The notes beneath the pieces were generated by a model. The model saw only the letters and a list, made by a program, of their open reading frames with translations. It was not told the origin of the DNA and searched no databases. Both the position numbers and the translations under genes were made by a program. From Planctomycetota bacterium (GTDB lineage: Bacteria > Planctomycetota > GCA-002687715 > CAIWVZ01), in contig JBGANV010000005.1 of the NCBI GenBank assembly GCA_044222185.1, positions 352,001 to 416,000 of the forward strand: a DNA stretch of 64,000 nucleotides, written 5' to 3'. This document shows positions 1-9,441 of the stretch, piece by piece. The number at the start of each line of letters is the position of its first letter. The first letter of the stretch is position 1.

Positions 1-1134
1 GAACAGCCCGGTCACCGGATCGAAGCGTTCACACAAGGAAGTGAATTGCGGGAACGACGGTCCGCCGAAGATCGACGGCGTGACGGACCCAAAGATCCCG
101 CCAGAGATGAAGACGCTCCCATCCGGAAGCTGCATCTGCGCGTGCCCGACGCGACGAAGGACCATGTTTCCGGCCGTGGAGTTCCACGTCCCCGTCACGG
201 GATTGTAGATTTCGGCGCTCAACAGGATGCCGTTCATCCGGGCCACGAACTCGGCCTGCGCCGCCGCATAGCTCGGTATGCCACCCGTCGCGAGCACCCG
301 GCCGTCGTTCAAGAGCGTGAGCCCGTGACCAGCGCGTGGCGACAGCATGGCACCGGTCAGCGCGAACGTATTCGTGACTGGGTCGTAGATCTCGCAGCTT
401 GCGGTGACGTTGCCTCCCGTCTGGATTCCGCCCGCGTAGAGGACGCGGCCGTCCTGCAGACGAACGGAGCGATGCAGCATGCGCGACTGCGCCATGGACG
501 GGCCCGGTGTGAACGAGCGCGTCATGGGGCTGAAGATCTCGGTCGAGTTGCCCGCCGTCGGGGCCAAGAGCGTCCCACCGCCGCCTCCGGCGACGACGAC
601 GTTCGTGCGGTTGTCGCCTACGTACCGCTGGAGGCTGTTGGCGGTGTGAAAACCGCGGGCGGTCGCCAGGGCGTTCGTGGTCGGCGTGAACCGGCGCTCC
701 TTGTCGAATTGGATGCGCACCGTCTTGCTGACGGAGATCGACGGGAACGGCAACGACGGATCGAGCACTGCCGCGTAGACGTAGATCGGTGGCGTGAAGA
801 TCAGGGCCGGATCATTCGGGACGAAGGCGACGGCCGTTGCGGCGCCGTTGGAATCCAACGAGAACGGGATGTGGAAGAGTGAAGGCGACGTGAAATCGAG
901 CCAGAACGTGCCCCAGCCCGGGATGACGGTCGGCCCGTAACTGAGCGCGCCGCTGATCGCCGCGGCGCCGTACGGCACGTTCACGGCCCCGAGCGAAATG
1001 GTCAGCGGCTGGCCGATGATCGCCTGGGTCGGGACGATGTAGGCCTGGCCCACACCGTTGCCGTCCTGGCACAAACCGACGGCGGCGACCACGGACGCAA
1101 GCGCGACGGACACCACGAACGACCGAGTTCGCAT
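1..1134 (-). CDS. Secreted Kelch-repeat (galactose oxidase-like propeller) protein, paralogue 1; 3' end runs off the window
   Basis: Missing from the ORF track because it has no stop in the window. Manual translation from ATG 1134 (GGAGA RBS at 1141-1145) gives MRTRSFVVSVALASVVAAVGLCQDGNGVGQAY..., with Kelch motifs (LQDGRVLYAGG, CEIYDP, RAGHGLTLLNDGRVLATGG). Collinear with the next two genes. Confidence 0.88.
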   Translation of the reverse strand, partial: MRTRSFVVSVALASVVAAVGLCQDGNGVGQAYIVPTQAIIGQPLTISLGAVNVPYGAAAISGALSYGPTVIPGWGTFWLDFTSPSLFHIPFSLDSNGAATAVAFVPNDPALIFTPPIYVYAAVLDPSLPFPSISVSKTVRIQFDKERRFTPTTNALATARGFHTANSLQRYVGDNRTNVVVAGGGGGTLLAPTAGNSTEIFSPMTRSFTPGPSMAQSRMLHRSVRLQDGRVLYAGGIQTGGNVTASCEIYDPVTNTFALTGAMLSPRAGHGLTLLNDGRVLATGGIPSYAAAQAEFVARMNGILLSAEIYNPVTGTWNSTAGNMVLRRVGHAQMQLPDGSVFISGGIFGSVTPSIFGGPSFPQFTSLCERFDPVTGLF

Positions 1135-1296
1135 GAGCACTCTCCAAAGGACGGCGGACATCCTACGCCTCCCCTGCCCGCCGAATGCAACCGGTGGATG
1201 GTTGAGACGCCGACGTTCCAGCGGTTGAGTTGCCGCCGACGCCTCCGCGTTGCATCTCAGGTGAAATTCGGCGCGGCGACGCGCTTTGGAACCGGA

Positions 1297-2928
1297 TCAG
1301 TTGTCGTAGGTGACCCAGGCTCCATTTTGGGGCGTCGCGTTCGCGGACCATCCTCCCGCGAGCAGGAACGAGCCGTCGTACAGCCGCGTGCACGTATGTG
1401 CACCGCGACCACCCGGCACCCCGGTGAGCCCGCGCTCGGGGTAGGCGCCGATGACTGGCGTCGACGTCACCGTGAGCCCGGTGTGCCGCACCACCATGGA
1501 CGTCGCGGTGGGTCCGACCATCAGGCCGGTGAGTCCGCCCGCTACCAGCGCCGAGCCGTCGGCGGCCTGGACCTGAGTGTGGAATGCCGCGGCCCATGGG
1601 AGGTTCGGGGCCGGCTGCCAGGACGTTCCGTTGAAGCGCTCGCAGGTCGAAAGCGCGAGGGTCGCGGCCTGGGACCCGACGTTGAATCCGCCGGTTACCA
1701 GCACCTCCCCGCTTGCTCCCACCAGACTCATGCCGTGAAACGCGCGCACGGCCAGCATCGACGGCCGCGGCTGGAACTGCTCCGTCACCGGGTCGAACGC
1801 TTCGCACGTCGCGACGACGTTCGGCACCGCGAGGGTGTTGTAGATCTGGGCGGTGATGTAGGAGTTCGCGGTCGCACCACCGGCGGCTCCGCCCGTGATC
1901 AGGACCGAGCCGTCAGGCATCAGAAGCTGCGCGTGGCCGACGCGAGCCGAAGACATCGGCGCCGCGACGGGGCTCCAGGTTCCGGCGCCCGGGTCGTAGA
2001 TCTCCGCCGAGTTCTGGGCCGAGTTCATGGCCATCAGGAAGTCGACGTTGGCCGCGGTGTAATCGGCAAGTCCACCGGTCGCGAGCACGCGGCCGTCGTT
2101 CAGCAGCGTGAGCCCATGGCCCGCACGTGGGTGCGCCATGCTCCCGGTGGCCGTGAACGTGTTCGACGCGGGGTCGTAGATCTCGCAGCTGGCCGTCGCG
2201 GGTCCGGCCGGAGTGATGCCGCCCGTGTAGAGAACGCGGCCATCCTGGAGCCGCACGCTGCGGTGGACGATGCGCGCCTGTTGCATGTCCGGGCCGGGCA
2301 CGAAGCTCCGCGTGAGCGGCTGATAGATCTCGGAGGTATTCGTCGCCGTGGGCGCGAGCAAGGAGCCCGCACCGCCGCCGGCGACGACGACCGACGTTCG
2401 GTTGTCACCGGCATATCGCGTCAGGCTGTTCGCCGTATGGAGGCCGCGCGCGGTCGCCATGGCGTTCGTCGTCGGGCTGAAGCGCCGCGCGTAGTCGAAT
2501 TGCACGCGAACGGTCTTGCTCACCGAGATCGGCGGGAAGGCCAGCGAGAGGTCCACGACGATGGCGTAGAGGTAGACAGGCGGGAACGAAAGGAGCGCGG
2601 GGTCGTTCGGGATGAACGCGACCATCTGCATCGCACCGTTGGCGTCCAACGTGACCGGGATGTGGAACAGGGTGGGTGACGTGAGGTCGAGCCAGAACGT
2701 GCCCCATCCGGGCACGACCGTCGGGCCGAAGCTCGCGGCCCCGCTCAGGCCGGCGTCACCGTTCGGGACGTTGGCCGCACCGAGGCTGATCGTGAAAGGC
2801 TGGCCGATGATCGCCTGCGACGGGTCGATGTAGGCCTGCCCCTGGCCATTCCCCTCCTGGGCCGGAGAACTCGTGGCGGCATATGCGAACACCAGTGCCC
2901 ACGCGAGGAAACGTCCGCAGCTGTTCAT
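1297..2928 (-). CDS. Secreted Kelch-repeat protein, paralogue 2
   Basis: C-terminal part of ORF 1297..3483. Likely start ATG 2928 (alternative 2934), then signal peptide MNSCGRFLAWALVFAYAATSSPA|QEGNGQG and repeated Kelch blades (R.xH...L.DG.VL..GG, EIYDP). Confidence 0.88.
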   Translation of the reverse strand: MNSCGRFLAWALVFAYAATSSPAQEGNGQGQAYIDPSQAIIGQPFTISLGAANVPNGDAGLSGAASFGPTVVPGWGTFWLDLTSPTLFHIPVTLDANGAMQMVAFIPNDPALLSFPPVYLYAIVVDLSLAFPPISVSKTVRVQFDYARRFSPTTNAMATARGLHTANSLTRYAGDNRTSVVVAGGGAGSLLAPTATNTSEIYQPLTRSFVPGPDMQQARIVHRSVRLQDGRVLYTGGITPAGPATASCEIYDPASNTFTATGSMAHPRAGHGLTLLNDGRVLATGGLADYTAANVDFLMAMNSAQNSAEIYDPGAGTWSPVAAPMSSARVGHAQLLMPDGSVLITGGAAGGATANSYITAQIYNTLAVPNVVATCEAFDPVTEQFQPRPSMLAVRAFHGMSLVGASGEVLVTGGFNVGSQAATLALSTCERFNGTSWQPAPNLPWAAAFHTQVQAADGSALVAGGLTGLMVGPTATSMVVRHTGLTVTSTPVIGAYPERGLTGVPGGRGAHTCTRLYDGSFLLAGGWSANATPQNGAWVTYDN

Positions 2929-3094
2929 GTCCATACCCCCGTCGAGAATCGACGGTCTCCGTGCGAGACCTCGGTTTCGAGCGCGGCACCGCGCCTCCGC
3001 CTGACGCGCGTGCAAGACCCGTGAAGGGCAGCAGATTAGTCGATGAGTCCGGGTCTCGCCAGTGCCCGCGGGTGAAGTGCCGGGGTTGCGGCGC

Positions 3095-4702
3095 TCAGAA
3101 ATCGCAGGACGTGAAGGCGTCCGTGAGTCCCGCGCCGGTGTCCCAGCCGCCTGCGACGACGTACGACCCGTCAAAAATCCGCGTAAACGAGTGCCCGCCG
3201 CGGGGGCGGACCACGCCCTGACCTCGCTCAGGATGGATGCCCAGACTGAAGCTTTGAACGACCGCGCTCCCGTCATGGCGATAGACGAGGGCCGTCGCCG
3301 TGGGATTCGTTGCGAAGTCCGAGATGAGCCCGCCTGCGATGATCGCCTCCCCGGTCTGCGGCGAACGAAGCTGAGTATGGAACGAGGTCGGCGTCGGGAG
3401 GCTGGCCACCAGGGTCCAGCCCAAGCCCGTGAGCTTCTCGCAGACGGGCGTCGCCTCGCAGATCCCGAGGTTCGGGTTCCCAACGATCCCGCCGGTGACC
3501 AGGAGCTCGGTCCCGGCGCCGACGAAGCTGATTCCGTGGAAGGCGCGGGAGAGCGTCATCGTCGGACCCGTCGAGAACGTGGCGGTCGCGGGGTCGAAGT
3601 ACTCACACGTCGGCGTCATGACCGGGATCACGGGGCCGACCAGCGTGGACGTTCCCGTGGCGATGCCGCCGGAGATCAGCACGACGCCGTTGGGCAATAC
3701 GATCTGCCCGTGGCCGGCACGCGGACTCGCCATCACGCCGGTGAGCGACGTCCATTGGCCCGTCGCCGGCGTCCACACCTCCGCCGAGTTCATGATCGAC
3801 GTCATGCGGGTGTGGAAGTAGGTCGCGGCGCCCATGTAGTCCGGGACGCCGCCGGTCGCGAGGACACGGCCGTCGTTCAGGAGCGTCACCGCGTGGGCGG
3901 CGCGCGGCCAGTTCATGGACCCCGTGGGCGACCACGTGTTCGATGCCGGGTCGTAGATCTCGCACGCGCCCGTCACGACGCCAGCGGTCTGGACGCCGCC
4001 GGAAACGAGGACGCGCCCATCCTGCAGCCGGACGCACCCGTGGAATGCGCGCGCATCGTTCATCGGAGGTGCGGGGACGAACGCGTGCGTCACCGGCCGA
4101 TACAACTCCGCGGAGGCCGTGGAGACCGGATTCAGCAGGTCGCCGGTGCAGCCGCCGGCAACGAGGACCGCATTGCGGTTGTCACCGTCGAATCGAGAGA
4201 GGCTCTGGGCCGAGTGGAAACCCCGTGCCGTTCCCATGGGCGACGCCGTGGCGGTGTATCGGCGTTCGTAGTCGAATTGGACGCGGATCGTCTTGCTCAC
4301 CGAGAGGGACGGAAACGGCAGCGAGGGGTCGACGACGGCGGCTTGGAGGAAGACGGGCGGGGCGCCAAGCAGCGCCGGGTCGTTGGCGATGAAGACGGGA
4401 ACGATGGCCTGGCCGTTGGAGTCCAGCGTGTACGGGAGATGGAACACGATCGGCGCGTTGAGCCCGATCCAGAACGTGCCGTAGCCGGCGATCGTAGTTG
4501 GGCCGAGGCTGGACGAACCGCTCAGGATGGCTTGTCCGTTGGGGACGTTCGGCGCGCCCAGGGCGAAGAACAGCGGCCGTCCGATCAGCGCCTGGCTCTG
4601 TTGGAGATATGCCCCGCCCTGACCGTTGCCGTCCTGGGCGCGGACGGATGCCTGCGCGATGAAACAGGCAACGAAGAGCGTGACGAGACGGCGCATCTCC
4701 AT
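3095..4702 (-). CDS. Secreted Kelch-repeat protein, paralogue 3
   Basis: C-terminal part of ORF 3095..6997. Start ATG 4702 after a GAGGG RBS, signal peptide MEMRRLVTLFVACFIAQASVRA|QDGNGQG, Kelch blades as in the paralogues. Confidence 0.88.
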   Translation of the reverse strand: MEMRRLVTLFVACFIAQASVRAQDGNGQGGAYLQQSQALIGRPLFFALGAPNVPNGQAILSGSSSLGPTTIAGYGTFWIGLNAPIVFHLPYTLDSNGQAIVPVFIANDPALLGAPPVFLQAAVVDPSLPFPSLSVSKTIRVQFDYERRYTATASPMGTARGFHSAQSLSRFDGDNRNAVLVAGGCTGDLLNPVSTASAELYRPVTHAFVPAPPMNDARAFHGCVRLQDGRVLVSGGVQTAGVVTGACEIYDPASNTWSPTGSMNWPRAAHAVTLLNDGRVLATGGVPDYMGAATYFHTRMTSIMNSAEVWTPATGQWTSLTGVMASPRAGHGQIVLPNGVVLISGGIATGTSTLVGPVIPVMTPTCEYFDPATATFSTGPTMTLSRAFHGISFVGAGTELLVTGGIVGNPNLGICEATPVCEKLTGLGWTLVASLPTPTSFHTQLRSPQTGEAIIAGGLISDFATNPTATALVYRHDGSAVVQSFSLGIHPERGQGVVRPRGGHSFTRIFDGSYVVAGGWDTGAGLTDAFTSCDF

Positions 4703-5068
4703 GAGTAAACCCTCGATCTTCGACCTCGGTCTGGAAGGTCCGCGGTGGACCCGTCGATCCACGAACGAACCCGACGGCGCGGCGACGGTATACGACGCCG
4801 CCGCATTCCGCCAAACAAACCTCACCGCGGCGGTCGGTGGCGACGTGCGCGGGGCTCGGCCCGACGCCCACGGGGTGACCGAACCTCGGCGCAGCAAATG
4901 CCTTGCGCGAGCGGTGCGGGCCGAGCTCCGCAGCCCGCGCCTTCCCGGGGTGACGTCGCCGCAAATCCGGCGTTCCACCCCGGCTTTTCCTCCGAGGGAC
5001 TCTGTGACGAAGCTGGACGAATCAGGCGGCGCCGCCCCGTGCGGCAGTCCAGAGGAGACATGCGTCCG

Positions 5069-6664
5069 ATGAGTACACGCCATGCGTTTCGATGGGTGAT
5101 TTTCACGCTCGTGCTCGCGATCGCGCCCGCGTGCGGGCAGCAGGGTGATCACGGGCACGAGAAGGCGCCGGCCGTCCATGCGGGGGCGCCGGGCTCGCCA
5201 CACGAAACCTCCAAACCGCCGGCGCACGAGCCGGCGAACGGAGGCGCGCCCGCGAAGGCTCATGACGCTCCGCGACCAGGCGGAGGTGAGAAGGCGCACG
5301 CCCCCGCCGGCAAACCGGACGACCACGCGCCTGCGCACGGCGCCGCGAAGGATCACGCGGCCGACGCGCATGACGCCCACGACGCACATGCGCCCGCGGC
5401 ACCCGCGGACGCGCACGCCGGTACCCACGCAGGCGCTGGCGACCCCGACGCGATCTGGGAAGACCTCGCCGCCGGCAATCGGCGCTTCGTCGACGGCAAG
5501 CCGAAGCCGCGCGAGTTCGTGGAGCTTCGCAAGCAACTCGCGACCGGGCAGCACCCACGCGCGGCGATCCTCACCTGCGCCGACAGCCGCGTCGCACCGG
5601 AGATCATCTTCGATCAGAACCTGGGTGACGTGTTCGTCGTCCGCATGGCCGGCGCGACCGCGGACCCCGTGGCCCTCGGAAGCCTCGAGTACGCCGTCGA
5701 GCACCTGCACGTCCCTCTGATCGTCATCGTGGGACACGAGAAGTGCGGCGCCGTCGCCGCCGCAGCCGGCGGCGAGAAGATGCCCACGGCGAACCTCGAG
5801 GCCGTCGTCTCCAACCTCAAGCCAGCGCTGGCGGATCTCCCGAAGGATCAAGTCCAGGCCCGCGGCGTCGGGGCGTGCGTCGACCTCGTCGCCCAGGACC
5901 TGCGCAAGGACAGCCCCATCCTTCGCGAGAAGCTCGACAACGGCTCGCTGACGATCATGCGAACGGTGTATTCGCTGGAGACGGGCGCCGTGGAGCGCCG
6001 CGACGAGAACGTCGAGACGTCCCCCGAGGCCGTGTGGAAGGAACTGGTCGAAGGAAACGCCCGCTTCGTCGCTGGCGAACCCCGCGCCTACAACCTGGCG
6101 GCCCGTCGCCGTCGCGTCGCCGCAGGCCAGCACCCCCGCGCGATCGTCCTCACCTGCGCGGACAGCCGCGTCGCTCCCGAACTGGTTTTCGACCAGAGCC
6201 TGGGCGACGTGTTCGTCGTTCGCAACGCGGGAAACCTCGCCGATCCGTTGTCGCTCGGCAGCATCGAGTACGCCGTCGAGCACCTGCACGCGCGGTTGAT
6301 CATCGTCATGGGACACGAAAAGTGCGGCGCAGTCGCAGCCGCGGTGGCGGGACAGGCCATGCCGACGCCGAATCTCCAGGCCATCGTCGACGACATCGGT
6401 CGAACGATCGCACCGCTGAAGGCGAAAGGTCTTTCGGCCGAGCTGGCGTCTCGCGGTCCGATCGACAACGTCATGCGCGTCGCGAAGGACCTCGTCGATC
6501 GCAGCTCCATCGTGCGCGAGGCCGTCGAGAATGGGCACGCGGGGATCGTCCGCTGTCTCTATCAGCTCGAATCCGGCACGGTCGTCCGCTTCGACGCGCC
6601 GGCGAAGGAAGTGGGCGCGGCCGAGGCGCCGGCCCACCAGGCCACGGCCGAGGGGCATCGATAG
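5069..6664 (+). CDS. Exported (possibly lipoprotein) beta-carbonic anhydrase with His-rich tether and two tandem catalytic domains
   Basis: Two copies each of LTCADSRV and GHEKCGAV (beta-CA Zn ligands Cys/His/Cys and Asp-Arg dyad). Signal peptide ends IAPAC. AGAGGAG RBS at 5051-5057; start is ATG 5060 or 5069. Confidence 0.9.
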   Translation: MSTRHAFRWVIFTLVLAIAPACGQQGDHGHEKAPAVHAGAPGSPHETSKPPAHEPANGGAPAKAHDAPRPGGGEKAHAPAGKPDDHAPAHGAAKDHAADAHDAHDAHAPAAPADAHAGTHAGAGDPDAIWEDLAAGNRRFVDGKPKPREFVELRKQLATGQHPRAAILTCADSRVAPEIIFDQNLGDVFVVRMAGATADPVALGSLEYAVEHLHVPLIVIVGHEKCGAVAAAAGGEKMPTANLEAVVSNLKPALADLPKDQVQARGVGACVDLVAQDLRKDSPILREKLDNGSLTIMRTVYSLETGAVERRDENVETSPEAVWKELVEGNARFVAGEPRAYNLAARRRRVAAGQHPRAIVLTCADSRVAPELVFDQSLGDVFVVRNAGNLADPLSLGSIEYAVEHLHARLIIVMGHEKCGAVAAAVAGQAMPTPNLQAIVDDIGRTIAPLKAKGLSAELASRGPIDNVMRVAKDLVDRSSIVREAVENGHAGIVRCLYQLESGTVVRFDAPAKEVGAAEAPAHQATAEGHR

Positions 6665-6785
6665 ACGCACCGGGCGCGCGGCCCGAACGCCGCGTGCACA
6701 CGAGTCGACGCATCCCCTCGGTGGCGAGCGCTGCCGCGCGACCTGATACGATCCGCGCCACCGTCCACATCGAGGGGATCGCATC

Positions 6786-8555
6786 ATGTCTCGGACCGCA
6801 TGCGTCGTTCGCGTCTCCGCCATCATCGCGCTGACCGTCTGCATGGCGTCGGCCCAGTCGGCGGCGCCCAAGATTGGGGACCAGGTCGGTGACCTCGGTT
6901 TCGTCGACAGCCGTTTCCTTCCGAGGCGGCTGTCGGACTTCAAGGACGCGAAGGCGATCGTCGTCGTCTTCACCGGCAAGTCCTGCCCGATCGTCAAGCG
7001 TTACCTGCCACGCCTCGCCGCCCTGGATCGAACGCTGCGCGAGAGCGGCGTCCGGTTCCTCGGCGTCAATCCCGTGGACGGCGACACGGTGCTCGACGTG
7101 GCCGCGCAAGCCATGGAATACGACGTGGCATTCCAGGTCGGAAAGGACGAGGGGGGCGCCATGGCGCGGGCGCTGGGGGTCACGCGTCTCGCCGAGGTCG
7201 TGGTCCTCGACGGCACACGGCGCCTGCGGTACCGAGGCCACGTCGACGGTCAGTACAGACTCGGCGGCGCGAGCCCCGCCGTGGGGCGCGAAGACCTTCG
7301 CGAGGCCATCACCGCCGTCGTCGCGGGCAGGGATGTGGAGGTTTCCGAGACCGCCGTCGACGGATGCGCGATCGCCGCACCGGAATCGCGACCGACGGCC
7401 CCGGTCACGTTCCACCGCGACGTCGTGCCCGTGTTGAAACGGAACTGCGTTTCGTGCCACAGCTCGGGCGGGGACGCGCCGTTTCCGCTGACGTCCTACC
7501 TCGACGCCAAGACGAACGGCGGCATGCTTCGCGAGGTCGTGCACGGACGGCGGATGCCGCCATGGCTCGCGTACGGCGACACGTCGGCGTTCGCGAACGC
7601 CCCGACCATCACTGACGCCGAGCGCAAGATCCTCGAGGATTGGGTGAGCGCGGGCATGGCGGAAGGCACGGCGGAGGCTTCAGCCGAATCCCGTCCCACA
7701 CCCCCACTCCGTTGGAAGATCGGCGAGCCCGACCTCGTCCTGCGTTCACCCGAAGCCGTTCGCATCCCCGCGGAAGGCTTCGTGACCTCGCAGACGGTGA
7801 TCCTCCCGCACATGTTCGACGTGGATACCTGGGTCAACGGGATCCAGATCCTCGCCGACAACGCCAAGGTGATGCATCACGCGATCCTCGTCGTCGTGCG
7901 CCCGAACGAGATGCCGACGCCAGACGGACTCCTCGCCACACAGGTGCCCGGCGGGCAGCCCCTGCTTCTCGCCGACGACACCGCCGTCCTGATCCCCCGC
8001 GGAACGGTCCTGGCGCTTTCGCTGCACTACGTGACGACCGGGAAGGTGGAGCGCGATCAGTTGTCCGTCGGTCTCCGTTTCCCCAAGGTCCCCGTGAAGC
8101 ACCGACTCCGCTACCACCTTGTGGTGAACGAGAACTTCGAGATCCCCCCGGGCGATCCAGCGTTCGCCGTCGCGGCGGAGAAGCCCCTGCCGACGGACGC
8201 GAGACTCATGTGGCTCTTCCCGCACATGCATCTGCGGGGCCGCGACATGAGCTTCACGGCGACGCTGCCGGACGGCACGTCGGAGAGCCTGCTGTCCGTC
8301 CCCAGTTTCAGCTTCGACTGGCAGGCGACCTACTACTACAAGCCCAGCGGTCACCCTCTGCCGAAGGGCACCGTGATCTCGTGCCGCGCGCGTTTCGACA
8401 ACTCGCCGTTCAACCCGTTCAACCCCGATCCGAAGGCGAAGGTGCATCACGGCTACGACGTGACGTCCGAGATGATGTACGCGTTCGTCGGGTACCTGGA
8501 TCCGGCCGAATCGCTGAACGTGCTCGTGGACCCGAAGACTGGCCGCGGGAAGTAG
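6786..8555 (+). CDS. Secreted redoxin (AhpC/TSA-like) + cytochrome c + copper type II monooxygenase-like (PHM/DBH fold) fusion
   Basis: Signal peptide; thioredoxin-fold N-terminus (GKSCPIV...LRYRGHVD); heme motif CVSCH plus MPPW; candidate Cu ligands VMHH, LHY, PHMHLRG and SEMM. Confidence 0.82.
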   Translation: MSRTACVVRVSAIIALTVCMASAQSAAPKIGDQVGDLGFVDSRFLPRRLSDFKDAKAIVVVFTGKSCPIVKRYLPRLAALDRTLRESGVRFLGVNPVDGDTVLDVAAQAMEYDVAFQVGKDEGGAMARALGVTRLAEVVVLDGTRRLRYRGHVDGQYRLGGASPAVGREDLREAITAVVAGRDVEVSETAVDGCAIAAPESRPTAPVTFHRDVVPVLKRNCVSCHSSGGDAPFPLTSYLDAKTNGGMLREVVHGRRMPPWLAYGDTSAFANAPTITDAERKILEDWVSAGMAEGTAEASAESRPTPPLRWKIGEPDLVLRSPEAVRIPAEGFVTSQTVILPHMFDVDTWVNGIQILADNAKVMHHAILVVVRPNEMPTPDGLLATQVPGGQPLLLADDTAVLIPRGTVLALSLHYVTTGKVERDQLSVGLRFPKVPVKHRLRYHLVVNENFEIPPGDPAFAVAAEKPLPTDARLMWLFPHMHLRGRDMSFTATLPDGTSESLLSVPSFSFDWQATYYYKPSGHPLPKGTVISCRARFDNSPFNPFNPDPKAKVHHGYDVTSEMMYAFVGYLDPAESLNVLVDPKTGRGK

Positions 8556-8683
8556 CCGGACAGCCTGCGTTTCGGCGAGATCGAGCGGCTGATCGCCCCG
8601 TCGCCCCAACGCCATTGGAAGTCGTTCGCATCCGGGGCAGCGAAATGAGGCGGTCCGGCAGTCGCACCTACGCAGTTCGACTG

Positions 8684-9328
8684 ATGCACCCGGGGGACGC
8701 GCCGATCGACCAGTACACTCTCACCGTGGACGTCGACCGACTGAGCCGCCCGGACCAGTTCATCACGAACGAAGACCGCACCCGCGCGCGACGCCATGCG
8801 CGCATCGGCCCCATCGTCGGGGGCGTCATCCTCGTCGCCCTCGGCCTCTACCCAGGCAGCTTCGTCTCGTTGCCGCTGTGGGCGTCGCTCGGGATGCTCG
8901 CGGTGGGCCTCGTGACGGCCGTTGCATCGTTCGACTGCCTGCACTTCTCGCGGGCGCCGCTCCGAGTCACGGCGGCGATGCTCGCGGCGCTCGTGATCGC
9001 GGTCGCGGCCAGCGTCACCTACGTCCCGACGCGCGTCGCGTTCCCCCTCCATCGGGCCGCGTTCGAGCGCGAGGCGCGATCCCTGCCGCCCGCCGCCGCA
9101 AAGCAGGACGTCTGGATCGGCATCTATCACCTGCAGCAGATCTGGCGCGACGCTGACGGGACCGTGTGGTTCCAGGTGAACCGCTCGACCGCGCTCCCCG
9201 GCGCAATGGCGACGGGCTTCCGATACCGGCCGAGCCACGAAGGAATCGCCCCAGACGGCGACCGCGAGCAATCCATCCCGCTGGACGACTCGTGGTCCAT
9301 CTTCTTCCGCGCGCCGAGCGTCGACTGA
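8684..9328 (+). CDS. Hypothetical membrane protein (about 3 TM helices plus small soluble C-terminal domain)
   Basis: Protein-like C-terminal part of ORF 7640..9328 with hydrophobic segments IVGGVILVALGL, LWASLGMLAVGLV and AAMLAALVIAVAASV. Start uncertain (8645, 8684 or later). Confidence 0.6.
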   Translation: MHPGDAPIDQYTLTVDVDRLSRPDQFITNEDRTRARRHARIGPIVGGVILVALGLYPGSFVSLPLWASLGMLAVGLVTAVASFDCLHFSRAPLRVTAAMLAALVIAVAASVTYVPTRVAFPLHRAAFEREARSLPPAAAKQDVWIGIYHLQQIWRDADGTVWFQVNRSTALPGAMATGFRYRPSHEGIAPDGDREQSIPLDDSWSIFFRAPSVD

Positions 9329-9441
9329 CGCGGATCTGACGGCTCGCGACGAACGACGGAGCCGAGCACGACCGTTCGGACATGCCGCCCGCAGCCATCG
9401 CATCGCTATGATCACGCGACCGCCATCCCGGAGGTCCCACG

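Noticed and set aside
4703-6997. N-terminal ~765 aa of the 1300-aa ORF 3095..6997, and likewise the extension of ORF 1297..3483
   Set aside because: Antisense shadow of the carbonic anhydrase gene, or overlap with the neighbouring Kelch gene. The real Kelch genes start at signal peptides with an RBS (4702 and 2928).
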